In this document: positions 27,381-40,870 of the stretch, one piece after another
Numbering within the stretch: position 1 is the stretch's first letter
Layout of the letters: every line of letters starts with the position of its first letter
DNA from: Lingula anatina
Lineage: Eukaryota; Animalia; Brachiopoda
Length of the DNA stretch: 64,000 bases
Reading direction: 5' to 3'
NCBI GenBank assembly: GCA_051362555.1
Contig: CM120644.1
Span: forward strand, 7,572,954-7,636,953
The notes under the pieces: model-generated
Told to the model about the DNA's origin: nothing
Database searches by the model: none
Seen by the model: only the letters and a program-made list of their open reading frames with translations
Program-made: the position numbers and the translations under genes

Positions 27381-30300
27381 TATTAAGCTAAAGCAAAAAT
27401 GCATGTAAAACAAAATTCTTTGATCTATCAGACTGATTTTGGTCTAATTATATGTTTTTGTTTTCTTAAAAATTATTTTTAAATGTCTACAAACTCAGCT
27501 CAAGTGTATGTATGTGGCATAGGTACAGCTATGAAATTGATAGTAGTAATTTTTTTTCGATAAATCATGAGCTTTATCAAGAAAAAATGAAATCATTATT
27601 GTTTCAGCATTTAAACATTAAAAAAATGTCTATTTCTAGGTGGAATACTTCAACAACGAGGTAATCTGCCACCTGGTGGAGAAACCACATAAAGGGATCA
27701 TGGCTATCTTAGATGAGGCTTGTCTCAATGTCGGGAAGGTCACAGATGTGGTACGTACAGTGGCTCAGTTGAGGCTTTTGAAAACTGTGTGGATAATTTA
27801 GATCATATTATATGTCGTGTGAACATATTTCCTATTGTAAATCTTATTCTGGGATGCATAAGTTTTGGGATCATTTAGATATTTCTTTTTTCAAAATCAG
27901 AACAGTCATTGAAATAAATAGTTTATTCAACTAGAAAATATCTTGCAAAAAAAAAAAATTAAAATTTAAATTAAAATGAAACATTTATAAAAAAGAGGGG
28001 AATAGAAATGAAAAAAAAAAGGTTGTGCTGAATGTAAAGGGTGAATGCAGAAGCTGATAGCTCTGTAGAGATCTTTATGTACAATGTATGGCATGATAAC
28101 AAAACTTATCTGCTGACAGAGCAGGAAAAACCTAACAATAAGTATTAAGAAACTGATGACTTGCATTCCAGATGTTTCTCCATGCCATGGACCAGAAGCT
28201 TTCTGACCACAAACACTACACTAGCCGCAGGGTAAGGGGAAATCTGCAAACATTTAAAGTCAAGAAATCCTGGAAAGAACTATATGTTTAATAACATTCA
28301 TCATTTGAACTTTTAGCCAAAATTCTTGTCAGTATATTTCATTGATTGAGAAAATTTTGAAGTTTATTTGGCATGTATTCAATTTATGAAGGTTGTTGCC
28401 TAACTTTAAGACCAAGCCTGTCACAGTAAGGCAGCAACTTTCTTCTTGTAAGTGTACCTCGATGGCTTTTCAAGATATTTTTTTCCAAGTTCAATGTCAA
28501 GAAATTAAGATTTTATAAAAACACTTCTTAATATTCTTAGAGACCATAATATATAATGTACATAATACCCATAATTCAAAACTTGATTCCATTAATTAGG
28601 GACGCCTTTGGTTTATTAGGTTTTTTAATTTTAAACCTTGTAATGGAAGTTCTTATAAATGACACATAATATTTCATGGCCATGTAAAATTACTTGACAA
28701 ATAAGGTAATTTTGCAGTTGAATTGCTTTAAACTTAAACAATTTGTTGTTAAATTCTAGCTGGAACCTGCTGACAAAACTCTAGAACATGACCGAGACTT
28801 CCGAGTGAAGCATTACGCTGGAGACGTGATGTACTCTGTCATTGGGTTCATTGACAAAAACAAAGACATGTTGTTTCAGGACTTCAAGAGACTGTTGTAT
28901 GGAAGGTGAGTGGAGTTTTCATATAGATAGGTGAAGAGGCTGAGGTGACCCCTCTTATTCCCAGCCTACCACCATCCCCGTTGCTTGATGGGGTGTGAGA
29001 CTAAGACCCCATTCCTATACTGAGATCCATCTCTGAGGGGTTTCTCTCTAGATTACTTTCAGCTTAAGTGGGTTAGATGTCTGGCACGTCTACTGAAACT
29101 GCTAAATGATATTACCACCTGAAAGCTTCAGTAGTCGTGCCAGACATCAGAGCTGCTTAAGCTGAAAGCAATTTAGCGAGAAACCCCTCAGAGATGGATC
29201 AAACCCATAAGATCAATCTAGGTATAGGAATGGGGTCTTATTCATGGACCAAATAAAAACACTACCTCAAAGTATTAACACAGGAACAGATACTCAGGAC
29301 TAAAGAAAATGCTAAAACCTGTTAGAGAGTTTTTGGTCATAGCCTTTTGCCTTGATCACTCTGTTGTATGATGCTGATGGCAGCTTTCATGATTGGGACT
29401 GGAAGAATTCTGCCCCCTGTCTGTTTGATAAACAAAGGAATACTGTTTGATAATTGAAGGATTGCTCTTTCTTTCTGAAGTATCTTGATATTATTCAGAC
29501 CCCCTGTAGAAGAGGGTCGCACTGAGTAGAGTCAACTTAATTACAATCTGAATGTGACTTATTGTTCACTTTTAGGTCAATGTCAGATAATGATGCCATG
29601 ATCTGAAACCAAAGTACTACTTATAGGTGATAAATTGTTAAAAGAAAATTAAGAAAGGTATTGCAGCAGGAAGACATTATAAAATTGTTTTGTTCATTTT
29701 CAGTGAAAATGCCATGATCAAATCGATGTGGCCTGAAGGTGCTAAAGGCGTCACAGAGGTGGGTGCCTTCCTCCTAATTTACTAGAGAAGACATTAAGCT
29801 GTAATCAGTTAGGCTGGAACTCTCTTCATTTTATTGTCTGAAAAAAAAAACTATTGATGTTACAGGTACATTTTCTGTAATGTGTACAATATTAGATTGA
29901 AGAGTGTATAGAAAACAATAACTTCACTGTCACTATTTACACTGAATATTTTAACAAAATCTTGAACTTTCAAAGAATTCAGTTTGTCTTAAAACTCATT
30001 GCATCAGTGGCTGTAAGTGAGTATACACGTATATTGGTTTTTGATTTCCAGGTGAACAAACGTCCAATCACAGCAGGCACTAATTTCAAGAATTCTATCA
30101 TTGCTTTGGTTGAAAATTTGGCCTCTAAAGTAAGTCCTCATCATGTTGGGTGCAACAGTCTTTATTTTTCTATTTTCACAATAAAAGCCTCTAATATGGG
30201 TCACTGACAAATGGTTATATGAATATCAGCTTTGTCAGCTAGTTTATAACAAATACCAGATAAATTCATCAAATTTGTCTTTTCACTGTTCAAAAAATCT

Positions 30301-33300
30301 GTGAAAAGCATTGCCAAAAGTCTGCTCAAGTCATAATTGAAATTGCTTTATTGATAAAAATACAGTGAAATTGATAAGACATTGCATTAGTTACTGAAAT
30401 TTTCACAGAAATCCATTTATTTGTTGTTTTTGTAATAGCCTGTCATTTACTAGTTACTTATTTATTTCTTTTTTATTTTCTTTTTTGCCCAGGAGCCCCA
30501 CTATGTCCGTTGCATTAAACCAAACGAGGAAAAATCTCCCGTTTTGTTCAATGAGACAAGGGTGCGACATCAGGTGCTATATTTAGGATTGCTGGAGAAC
30601 GTGCGTGTGCGCCGTGCTGGCTTTGCGTATAGAATGTCCTATGTAAAATTCCTGGAAAGGTAACACATTTATCACTTATATTGTTTATTTAAAAGAAAAA
30701 TATATCAAGATGGATTCCTGTTCAACACAGTTTCTTGAATTTTTCAGAATTTTTCAGATATTTGTGATTGGTTTAGTTAGTTTTGGTCATAATCTATATT
30801 TTACTTACATTTTACTTAAGAGAACTGTAAACAATTTAATAATTAACCATTTTTTGAACAAAACATTCGATCAAGGCTGTGCTTTATTACCTATTAGCAC
30901 CATTTTGAAATAAGATTCATATTACATATTTTTTCAATTAATTGAAGTGTTGATATCAAATAATTATTTTTATAGGTATAAGTGTATCTCTTCCTCCACT
31001 TGGCCCACATTCCGGCGAGGGGCTGAAAAACAAGGTGTTGATATCATTCTGAATGAGAGAGGATTTGGTCAAGATGTCCAGTATGGTAAGACCAAAATCT
31101 TCATCAAATCACCACAGACGGTCTTTGCGCTGGAGGAGGCAAGGGCAGCCAGGATACCTTCACTGGTGGTCTTCTTACAGAAGGTATGAAAACTGGGGAA
31201 ACGGAGAATATGTCGAGTTTTTGCATATTATCAGAAGCAGAGTGGAAAAGATATAAAAAAATCAGTTTTTATACTTGGACTTGGTGGTCTTTGTGATGGG
31301 GATGCAGTACTAGGGTTGACTCCATAGTAACACTTGAAAGTTTAATAATTGGTTGAAGAAAATGGTTGATATAATATGTTGAGGTGAGATTGTCATTTGC
31401 TTATTTGAATTAATGAACCATTAACCTTACAGGCTTCGCAAAAAACATGTACAGCATACAGATCCAGCTTTGATTTTTGATTAAGTCCATGGATATCGCA
31501 TATAGAATTTAGTAAAATGTCCGTACATTCACATATTAATATTTTAATCAGCACTGAGTAATTTGTGAAAATGTTCAAATTTTTTGTTTTAAGTACTGGC
31601 GTGGCGGCACTGCCAGGCTGAGAGCCAAGAGAATGAGAGCCATTTACAAGATCATGGCCAGATTCAGACGCTACAAGTTACGAAACTACATTTTGAAGCT
31701 AGTCAATACATTTAGGTCAGTTGAGGAAATGCAGTCAGTTTTTTTTTTAATCAACACATTTTACAATAAAAAATAGTTCATGTTGCAGTCAATTTGTGCA
31801 TGCTTTTCTGAATTATATAATTATAAAGTGAACACATTGTAATTGATCTATTTTCAAAACATACAGTATTAATGTTTTAGGTATCATTTTGAATTAAATA
31901 CTGACAGTGCAATATATTTTGAATAAGAATATTGGTGGTGCCTGAAATTGTAGGATATTTAATTTTCCAGGAATGTCAGAAGCATGAAGGACTATGGGAA
32001 GAGCATCAAGTGGCCTGACCCGCCACCTGTATTGAAGGGACTCGTCTCCCAACTACAGAAGACCCACCAGAGGTACCAGAATATGAATCCAGCCTTTAGA
32101 AATATTAGCCCATATATTACAGCTGACAAGGGCCAGTTTCTTCATTTTCCAATTTCCATACTTGCCTGCTTGTCTCATTTGAAGTTCCGGCTGAAACTTT
32201 GGTTTAAGTTGACCACACCAGTCACAGTTCTGTTGACTACTTCTCACACACTTCTACAGAACCATGTAATTTGGATAATCAAAACAAGCATTTGTGATTG
32301 GCTAAGACAACTTCAATCAAACTTGCTATTTAAGGAACTTAAGATGCTGCTAACCATCAGGTCATAATTAAGGTCTGAATTAAAATCTGGATTAGAAGTA
32401 AATATACTTATTGGTTGGAGGTGTAGGTTAAATTGATGAAATTTTATAGATTAAATGTATAATTAAAAATATTGTTTTTACAAGGCAAGCCTATGTGATA
32501 CTTAAATGTAAGTTAAATCAAGAAATTGTCATTTGCAGGTGGCGAGCCTACATGATCCTTAAACCCATCCCAGAGGCAGAGCGACCTACATACCGCCTGA
32601 AGATAGCAGCTGCAGAAGTCCTGGGGCGCAGGAAGGAGTGGGGTTTTCAGCGCAAGTGGTTGGGGAACTACTTGGCGGAGTCCTCAGACAACAGTAACAC
32701 ACTGCCTTATGTGGACCAGCTGACCAAACTGAAACATGCTGATGGTTTCAGTAAAGTGCTTTTCTCAATGCATGTGAAGAAGGTATTTTAATAATGTCCA
32801 AGAAATTTATTTTCACACTTCTAAAGCTCATCAGCTGTGGAATATGTTCTGGGATATAATGAGGACTGTAATCTTTTAATGACAGCAGTAGTTGACTGTG
32901 TTGAAGTCAAAGTATAAAATGTTTTAGAGTCAATTCTAGACAAAATGAAAATTATCTCTCAGTATGTTTAATATAAATAAATAAATAATGTAAAAATCAT
33001 TCACTGCTTTTGATAAGCAAGAATAGTATTCTTTCCATTAGGAAGAAAGGCCATGAAGAAGCTATGATGGATGCTTTTTTAATTACTCAAAATAATCGTT
33101 AACACAGGCTTTTTGAGTATGGTCCACCTTTGGAGTAATTTTCAATCTCCTGTTCTAGGTGAACAGTCACAACAAGACTGCCGACCGTGCTATTGTAGTC
33201 ACTGACAAGTACATCTATAAACTGGACCAGAAAAAGAAATACAAGCCTATGAGACACGGCACACCAATCACTGATGTGAGTATAGCTAATGAAAAGAAGT

Positions 33301-34399
33301 AATGGGTTATTTGAAGTATTTTATAAGATAATTTTATAAACAAACAAAATATACTTGTAACAAAATAGAAGTTCTTATCTAAAATAATTAAAGTGGTACA
33401 AAGGTGGAAGAAATGCTCTTTCATAGTATTTTGTAAAAAAAAAAAAAAAAAAAAAAACATACAAGCAGTAACTTAAATATTATCATTTATAAAGAAATTA
33501 CATATACCAATATCAGCCTTTATCTGAAATAGGGCACTATATAGGGCTTTATATAATAACTTAAAACAAATGCTGAGTTAGCCATTGATTATAACAATTG
33601 TTTCTCATCAACACCAGGTGACAGGGCTGAGTATCACCCCAGGTCCAGATCAGCTGTGTATCATCCACCTGCAGGGGGGCAATGATCTGGTCGTCTACCT
33701 GGTCAGCCCAAAGTCCGAGGAGAGAGTCGGGGAGCTAGTCGGAGTGGTCAACAGGCAGTGGCAAAAGTAAGTGTGCTGCACTGATAAGTTAGGGGTGGCC
33801 AGAGGCCGTCTTCTGGGTCTTTAGGTGGACAGTCAGGATTTTTCAAGTTTACACTGAAGGGTATCTTACTTTTTTCTGTTGGATGATGGTCAAAAATGGA
33901 GGATGGATCAACAAAGATATTAATTAGGAAGCCTGTCAGAAAATATCTCTGGGTCTGCCCCTGATAATTCTGATCTAGAATGTTCTGTTTGAGATGTGTT
34001 TTTTGAAAAGTGATTTTTTGATTTTCAAAAGATTTGGCACACTTAACTGCCATTTTCTTAACCACTTGTTTACTTATTGCAAATCATGGATTAAAGTTAC
34101 CTATAGTAAGTCATGGATTTTTCAGTTTATCTGGTAGTTCATAATGATATTTTTTTTTTGCATGTAGTCTGTGATACTTGATAAATTTTATCACCAAGAA
34201 TTTATCCGGGAACTGTGTCTAAATCAATCTTTTTCCTCTCCAAAGGAGCCAAAATAGAAACCTACGAGTGATCATAGACAATACACTGCAATGCATGCTG
34301 GGAGATAAGCCTCGACAGATCACCGTCCAAGAGAGCAATGGACCCTCGACAACATTCCGTAAGAACGGCAATGGACTTGTATTGCAGTGGGTTCCATAA
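7693..34399 (+). CDS. MYO1D: Unconventional myosin ID (class I myosin, Myo31DF/MYO1D-type), 23 exons, about 1005 aa
   Basis: Exons: 7693-7796, 19430-19638, 20408-20501, 21006-21171, 21432-21485, 25049-25144, 25481-25600, 26041-26244, 26632-26774, 27178-27292, 27640-27750, 28172-28231, 28760-28905, 29704-29758, 30052-30129, 30493-30659, 30976-31183, 31594-31715, 31971-32072, 32539-32782, 33159-33275, 33618-33766, 34246-34399 (3018 nt, all GT-AG, phases consistent). Motifs: GDFVLL N-terminus, P-loop [59 protein letters not shown]-like LQKYWRG, then a TH1-type tail with no SH3 domain. Confidence 0.95.
15643..15810. mobile_element. MITE with CAGGCCC(A/G)TAGCCAG terminal inverted repeats
   Basis: CAGGCCCATAGCCAG ... 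CTGGCTACGGGCCTG. A related internal fragment lies at about 14090-14250. Confidence 0.7.
17443..17613 (-). mobile_element. MITE family A copy
   Basis: Reverse-complement match to 6623-6796 (AGGGGTGGATCCAGAG...GAAGACCCAGAAGATGGCCTAAATCCGCCCCTG). Confidence 0.7.
19245..19387 (+). mobile_element. MITE family A copy (degraded)
   Basis: Shares the core AAAATGGAGAATGGATCAACAAAGATG...AAAATATCTCTGGA. Confidence 0.6.
22000..22630 (+). repeat. Tandem repeat, 161-bp unit, about 4 copies
   Basis: Near-identical units; the spurious ORFs at 22159, 22320 and 22481 are offset by exactly 161 bp. Confidence 0.9.
23030..24030 (+). repeat. Tandem repeat, about 335-bp unit, about 3 copies
   Basis: TTGGCATTTTCAAGGTGTGACT recurs at 23031, 23368 and 23702 with conserved downstream sequence. 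Confidence 0.85.
24075..24296 (+). mobile_element. DINE-1/HINE-like short element nested in the larger HINE
   Basis: TTTACCTCTGCCAAGGAGGTTATGTTTT...TTGGCAGAGGTCTGCGCTCTTGGAGTGCTTTTCTAGTT; same family at 45620-45913 and 56928-57182. Confidence 0.75.
24522..24688 (+). mobile_element. MITE family A copy nested in the HINE
   Basis: AGGGGTGGATTGAGACCATCTTCTGGGTCTTCC...AAATGGAGGATGGATCAAC...TCTCTGGGTTCGCTCCTG. Confidence 0.65.
29002..29240. mobile_element. Foldback/palindromic MITE family B (TAAGAC...GTCTTA)
   Basis: Long imperfect inverted repeat TAAGACCCCATTCCTATAC...GTATAGGAATGGGGTCTTA. Related to 49070-49407 and 36838-37050. Confidence 0.75.
33791..33963 (+). mobile_element. MITE family A copy
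   Basis: AGGGGTGGCCAGAGGCCGTCTTCTGGGTC...TCTCTGGGTCTGCCCCTG. Confidence 0.7.
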
Positions 34400-36837
34400 T
34401 TACAAACATCAAGGAGTTCAGCTAACAGATAAAATGTGGGGTCCACAGAAGTGAATTTCACGGAGTCCTTCCTGCACAATAACATTAATCAAGTACAGTA
34501 GTAACATGGACTTTTTAGATTGTGAAAAGATGGTGCAATTTGAAAAAAATTTAATTCATCCAGATAATTCTGACCACTTATTAGATTATTTACTGTACAT
34601 TAAAAGTGTTGTGCCTGTATTTTGTATAGTTTGCTTACTTGCTCAATTTCTGATCAGTTATCTGAAAGTTTACAATATATAAAATTGAATGCCACCCCCA
34701 TAAATCAGCTGTTTTATAATCGTACGTCTTCAAATTTGTGCTCTTTAGTTCTCTTCATTTTGATGTAAAGCTTCATTTAACTGTAGATATTAGATATATC
34801 TACAATCATTACCGAAGCGAAATCATTTGTCCAGCTAGAGCCATTCACAATGATGATTTTGTAGAGTAAATTATTAAAAGAGCATTATATGTCATACATT
34901 TTTATACATATTATTCACATACATTTTTGCTTTAGATATACATTGTTCAGCTGGAGAGTTGTACAGTCTGATTCAAACTGGAGATGCGTAATTTACTGGC
35001 AAGGGATGAGATATTTATACTAATAATAATAATATAGTTATAATAATATATTTATTATTATTATAGATATGAGTTAGAGATGAGATATTTATGCCATGAA
35101 CATTTATGTTATGGAAATATTGGTTAATAACAGATTACATATTTACATCTATCACAATTCACAGTTTTTACAACTGACACTGTCAGTAGTATAAAAATGT
35201 CATGAAAAGTGAAAGATACCAACACTAATTGCGGCCAAAGAAGTGCTAAAGGTCAGAAAGAATATACAAGCATTATTATTGTGTGTTTTGTCAATTATTA
35301 TTCATAATAATTTAAATGTTTGCCTTTCTTTCAGCTGCTTGTGATTAGAAAGTATGTTGATTTAACTTCATTATTATGTCTAAATATTAATTTCTGTAAC
35401 TTGTCTCATTAGGAGATCAATATGTTACTTAAGAAAAAATGTTTTAAATTCAAAGGTACACCAGTTTATCTTATTTTTGAAAAAAAAATTCATTTTTTTA
35501 CACCAATTTAAGTGATATAAACTTTGTTTTTGTAATGTTCCAACATTTGCCTTCAGAAGGACTGTGGAATCTCTATGACCTACTCAGCTTCTAAAATCCC
35601 CATTACGTGTTTATATAAAATTGCATATAATGCCTTGCTCTGTACAATCTCGTTAGCTTACGGTTTATATTCCCCTTCTCCCTAAGAGTGCATTATTCAC
35701 ATGCCCACTGCCTTGTTTATCTAATACTCCATAGTGCCTGAAATGTGGACTTTTTATAACCCTACTAACTGCCATAAGGACTTCTTGTGTTAGCTGTGCC
35801 TAATCTGATTTCTTTTATCAGAGAGGTAACATTTTCTACTCGCCGCTTGGGTAACAAGTCACATTTACCTAATAATGACCCACCTGTCAAAGCAAATGTC
35901 GCAATGTTTATTTTTGAAAAGAAGAATTTATGGTTGTCTTTCTTTGGTTGATGAAGAAGTTTCTAGATTGCGCTATATAAAATCTTTAAAAAAATGCATT
36001 TCTCCCCCCCCCTCCAAAGATATGCAATTTGTCACAAGGTTCCCCTGAAAAAAATGTTTTGTATGTTTTACTTACCAACCTTGACCTTGGCTTAGTTTAC
36101 CTTGACCTTGGTGTAATACTTTAATCATGGACTCCAAGATGTATAGAATGTTACTTGTACATTATGTCATATAATTTGTATTCGGTGTATTTGCATTTAG
36201 ATAAGGATCTATTGTACATGTTTTCATCTAATTGTAAAACCATTTTATATAACATGTAAGTCTTCATATTAAAAGATGATATAGGAAATGGATTTCATGT
36301 ATGTAATATAGGCCTATAAGATGTAATACTATTTTGTTATGTACTCTTTCATTTCAATACTTCGAAATACTATAGGGCTTTGAGCTTTGTTAAAGAATTG
36401 AAAAAAAAATACTTTCAAGATTGTATCTGGACAATTATAGTAGGCCTATGTTTTTTCCTTATTTTATTAAGTTTTGGGTCTATTTCTACAAGTTTGGTAA
36501 TATTTTTTATCTCTGTTGGTGATTGCATTTATTTATTTTTTTTTCTAAGTTTTTCATTAATCGGTGCGTTGATTAAAAGGCCCCAATGCACAAAATAAGC
36601 GGAAGTGTTAAGTTTGTCATAACTTTGAGACAAGAACCTTACGTGTACTTTCACCCGGATAATTGAATGGTCATTAATCCACAAACATAGGCCGACATGT
36701 AAAACGACTGGACGTGTTTCACAAACAAATAAAATAGCTTAATAAATATCTAGAAAGTCACTTATTTTGATACTTCTCTACAATTATTTAGTCTCAAAGC
36801 AGACTTTACTTAAATTACGAACGCCCTACTTTGAAAT

Positions 36838-37050
36838 TAAGACTGTATTCCCAGAGCTTTTAGATCGATCTATCCCCGCGGGGAGTCTCACTAGATTACT
36901 GTCAGATAATCCGGCTTAAAAGTCTGTCCCGCCTACTACAAGCTGTAAGGGGGTAATTAACTTTTGTGCCCGCTCGGCTGACAGCTATTTAGCTTGAACC
37001 CCCAGGGAGTTAGGTCGATCTAAAGTAGATCGATCTAATCTCTGGAAACT
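36838..37050. mobile_element. Palindromic MITE family B-related copy
   Basis: TAAGACTG start, repeated TAGATCGATCTA motifs and a CGCCTACTACAAGCTG core shared with 49070-49407. Confidence 0.55.
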
Positions 37051-37214
37051 CTCAAACTTTTGACAGTGCTGTTTTGTGAAACGATGTTCAGACATTGACA
37101 AAAGAGGTGCGCTAGGCAGTATTACACTACTCATTTAACCATGACTTTAAGGTTTTATGTGCGTCCTTTTCTTCATTTTCAAATCTCTGTCGCCATGTGG
37201 CACGCTTATTATTG

Positions 37215-37370
37215 CCGGTGTAACGAAACTAAGGGTCAGTTTAACAGAAAGTCCACCCTCCATTTAGTTTTAATGGTTAGGGTTAGCCTGACCGAAGTGG
37301 GTCAAAATCTGGAGCGAGGCTCGCCTGTACAAATGAATGGAAAGCGGACTCTCTATCATGGGGACTCTCT
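37215..37370 (+). mobile_element. MITE family C (CCGGTG...CACCGG, internal GGTTAGGGTTAG)
   Basis: Clear match to 41347-41508; a related element lies at 51361-51513. Confidence 0.65.
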
Positions 37371-38058
37371 TAAGAATTATCAAGACAGTGAAGAATCTGA
37401 GCCACGATGTGATTGTCAAGTCTTTCTCCATAGATTTACTGAAATGAAACTACATTTGTAAGCTTGTTATTTTGCCAATAAATATTACCGATACCGTACA
37501 TGTATTTTGTGTCTTGGAGTTAATATTGCAGCAGTTTTGCCCACATTAGGGAGAAGTCAGTTTTTTATTTTATCAAAAATGAATACCAGAAAAATAAAGT
37601 GTTCACCAAAATTTTATCCCACTGAGGTAGAGAGTCGGACTAGCTCGTGACCAAATACGAACCACTGTGCAGAGCTGAAAGGTGAAAATAGATAACAGGC
37701 AACTCTAGAAAGGAGGGTCAATGCTTATTCAGTTTGATAAAAGTTCTGTCAGAGGCATTACTTGTTAACTTTCAATGTCATATATAAAACCCATTCCTGC
37801 GTTTTGGAACCCGTCTGGCATATTGAAAATAATACCGATCCCTCGGTAGCAATATCCTCATATAACTTTCAGTATAATTTCAAATTACCGGCGATATTTT
37901 TTACGGATGATTTGGCAGATGTCCTCTGACCAAACCAAGATAAATTAGCCACAAGCAGTAAAAACGATTGCTAAATTTCCTTCCTAACCACCCACTGCTG
38001 TTGTCCCGGGTAGCATCAAGGGACCATGTAAGCACGTCCACGCGCCTTCAAATATATA

Positions 38059-38112
<54 letters not shown>

Positions 38113-38737
38113 TCATCTTCGTCTTCAGCAACAACATTAGATTTATACTTAAATTTTGTGTAGATGCTCTGAAAATCCAGGGTCCTGCCTTCCGACAAAA
38201 ACGTTTGAATGTCTACCCCCTCTCTCCCCCTCCAAAAAAAAAAAAAAAAAAAAAAAAAAATTCCTCGCTCATTCCGCATCCCGTCCACCATTCGAGCCCC
38301 AGTCCGAGTGGTAAAAGAGGTTTGCCCCACCTCCCCCCCCACACTTAAATATAGTCATTCATCACCGTTTCCTAAACAAGTGGGTCTACAGCTGCCCCCA
38401 AACATTCTTTTGTACGACATTGATGACCTTCCTTCATCCTAAAATCCCCAAATCTACTATCCCTGATCTCGCTCCTTCTCCTTTGCAATTTCTAGGTCTC
38501 CACACCGATTTTTGTCCCGTTTCTATGAGCTCTTGGTTCTCCTGTTGACTACAAACTCTTTTATTTATATCTGTATCGGCAAAGTACATTATTTTATAAG
38601 CATAAAAGATGTGTGTTGACATGGTGAATTTGTCAGCCTGTTTACATTTTTATTGCTTATGAGACTTCCCCTTGTATTGCACAGTTCTGCGCCTGTTGTA
38701 CGTGATAGTACCAAAACCACAAAAGAGAAGTAGGCCC

Positions 38738-38776
38738 TATATATAAAAACCTGAAAATAAAATAATCGACCAGTCA
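38738..38776 (+). promoter_or_regulatory. TATA box and Inr-like element of the secreted-protein gene
   Basis: TATATATAAAA at about 38738-38748, CAGTC about 30 bp downstream, ATG at 38806. Confidence 0.5.
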
Positions 38777-38805
38777 TTCATGTTCACATTTAGCCTGCAA
38801 ACAAT

Positions 38806-40870
38806 ATGTACATTTTGGCTGTTGTATCAGTTTTCGTCAGCCTGCAGTCTTTTGCTAGACCAGAACCGGGTGAGTTTTTATTTTTTCGTTGACCTAACTG
38901 ACATAATGCTAATAGAAAACGAAAGACCAAAAAAATTTGGTGGAATCCTTCAATGTATTCTTAAAAATAGAGGACATACACGAATATCAAATTATCATAA
39001 GCCACTTATGATGTTTTTTTTTTTTTCACTTTTAATCCTCTCGTTTCTACCAAACGTATTTTTTAATATCCCATGTAGGGTCTCCTTTCTAGAATTAAAT
39101 CTCAACATCGAAATCAAACATTCATTTTAGCAGATTGGTGGATCAAAATAATTAGAAAAAGAAACTGATACGAAATTTCAATGATAATAGATAAACACGA
39201 ATAAAATATTCTACATGATATAATTTAGTTGGTTCCTGCGATCAACGACGTCGGTCCAATCAATATCTTAGAGATGACAGCGACATCTGTGGGTACTACC
39301 TGTGTCTATCCAAGAGGGGCGGGGGTCGCAGTCCACTGTTGCGGCGCTGCGCCCCGGGAACAGGGGTTCCTAGGGACTATGGTGTGTCCCCCAGACACAG
39401 AGACAGGTAGGCAAGAATGTAACAAGTAGAATAAAGAAAGTATTTATTGATTTATGATATATATAGTTTTTTATACCATTTTAAAGCGGTTGGATTATAT
39501 AATGAAATAAAACATTAAAAACGCAAAACTACAAGATATCATAGAGTCTACAAGAGTTAAAACAAAAGTTATAGGTTACCGGTTTTACTGGTAAATGACT
39601 TATAGGTTATTTGTAGGGCCTACATAAAAACCACTAGGTCCGCTTCAATTTAGCTCATAGTCTACTAGATGAGATGGGAGTGGGTGAAATAAATTGGATA
39701 ACAACTATGTATAGGGCCTACTTTTATTTCAACAATATAAAAATACATCGGAAATGTGTCCCATTTTATGACAAATGGATAAACTTGACAAAAATAAATA
39801 AATGGTCACAAAACATCTCCGGAAAAATTATAACAATATTTTTCTCTTATACAATTTGTTCTCTGTCGACAGCACCAATCCATGCGTGGTACGCACCAGC
39901 GAGTGCCTGAGGCCCCGATGGAGTGGCTGGGGTCCCTGGGGTGCCTGCTCTGTGACGTGTGGGACAGGTGTTCAGTGGCGCGGCCGGCGGTGCATTCGAG
40001 GCAACAACTGTACGGGACAACAACAGGAGAGTAGGCAGTGCTTGGGACATCCGTGTAAGTGAGCGAGGAGGCTGGGATTATACGCATTATTTGACTTTTC
40101 TTCTTCTTCTTCTCTCTCTCTCTCTCTGTTTTGAAAACCTACATGTATTTTAGGTATCCTGTCCTGATAGCCTCTTAGTTCACTGATTGAATACATGCAG
40201 CTGAGCTTTTGAGGTTTTGTGATTTTTGTAATAGGCCTATTTCATGCGATATGTTCTGTGTGAAATTTGGGGAAATGCCGGTTCGGCGTACATTTTATGA
40301 AAATCTCGTACGGGATAGGTAGAAATATGGAAAGATAAAAAAGAATACTAAAATATAATAGCCAAATTAGCGGTCCTTGTTCAAATACATTACAGGCTTG
40401 ATATGGACGGACTGGATCAACAGTGACTCCCCCGACTCCGGAGATGGAGATTGGGAAGTGAACATTGTGCCGGTAGGTGTCAGCACACTGTTTTCTTCGT
40501 CTACAAAATACATTTAATAGCATCTATGGCTTACGATGAAATGAATAATTATAATGTTATCATCTGAAAGAAGGGGAAACAGTGCTATATATCGTATTCT
40601 CGTATTCCTTTTTTTATTCAGCCGCCATGTTCCGAAAACCAAACCGCAATTGCCATTGAGTGCCGTGCCATCACGCCATCTGGGGGGCGCATCCCATGGG
40701 ATGGGCCGGGACAAAAACTAGCTGTGCCCTGCGTCTCCCCTGTGGGTATAGGATGCCTGGAAGCAGATAATCCGCCAGTGGCTATGGCTCCACCTGGGGT
40801 GTTGACGGATCCAGGTTTTACATCCGGGTGTTTGGACTATGAAGTCAGATACTTGTGCCCCGTGCCTTAG
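38806..40870 (+). CDS. Secreted protein, about 249 aa: signal peptide, chitin-binding type-2-like Cys domain, thrombospondin type-1 repeat, WxxW (mucin-2/CILP-type) domain
   Basis: Exons 38806-38869, 39229-39406, 39873-40054, 40396-40472, 40622-40870 (750 nt, GT-AG, phases 1,2,1,0, TAG stop). Signal MYILAVVSVFVSLQSFA. Cys domain CDQ...DDSDICGYYLC...RRCAPGTG...NPCVVRTSEC. TSP1 WSGWGPWGACSVTCGTGVQWRGRRC. WxxW WTDWINSDSPDSGDGDWE...IECRA...CLDYEVRYLCP. Confidence 0.85.

Noticed and set aside
37277-37290. Interstitial telomere (GGTTAGGGTTAG)
   Set aside because: Only two units, embedded in a dispersed MITE family.
37968-38442. Overlapping 77-126 aa ORFs
   Set aside because: Built from (AT)n and poly-A runs, with no coding signature or splice support.
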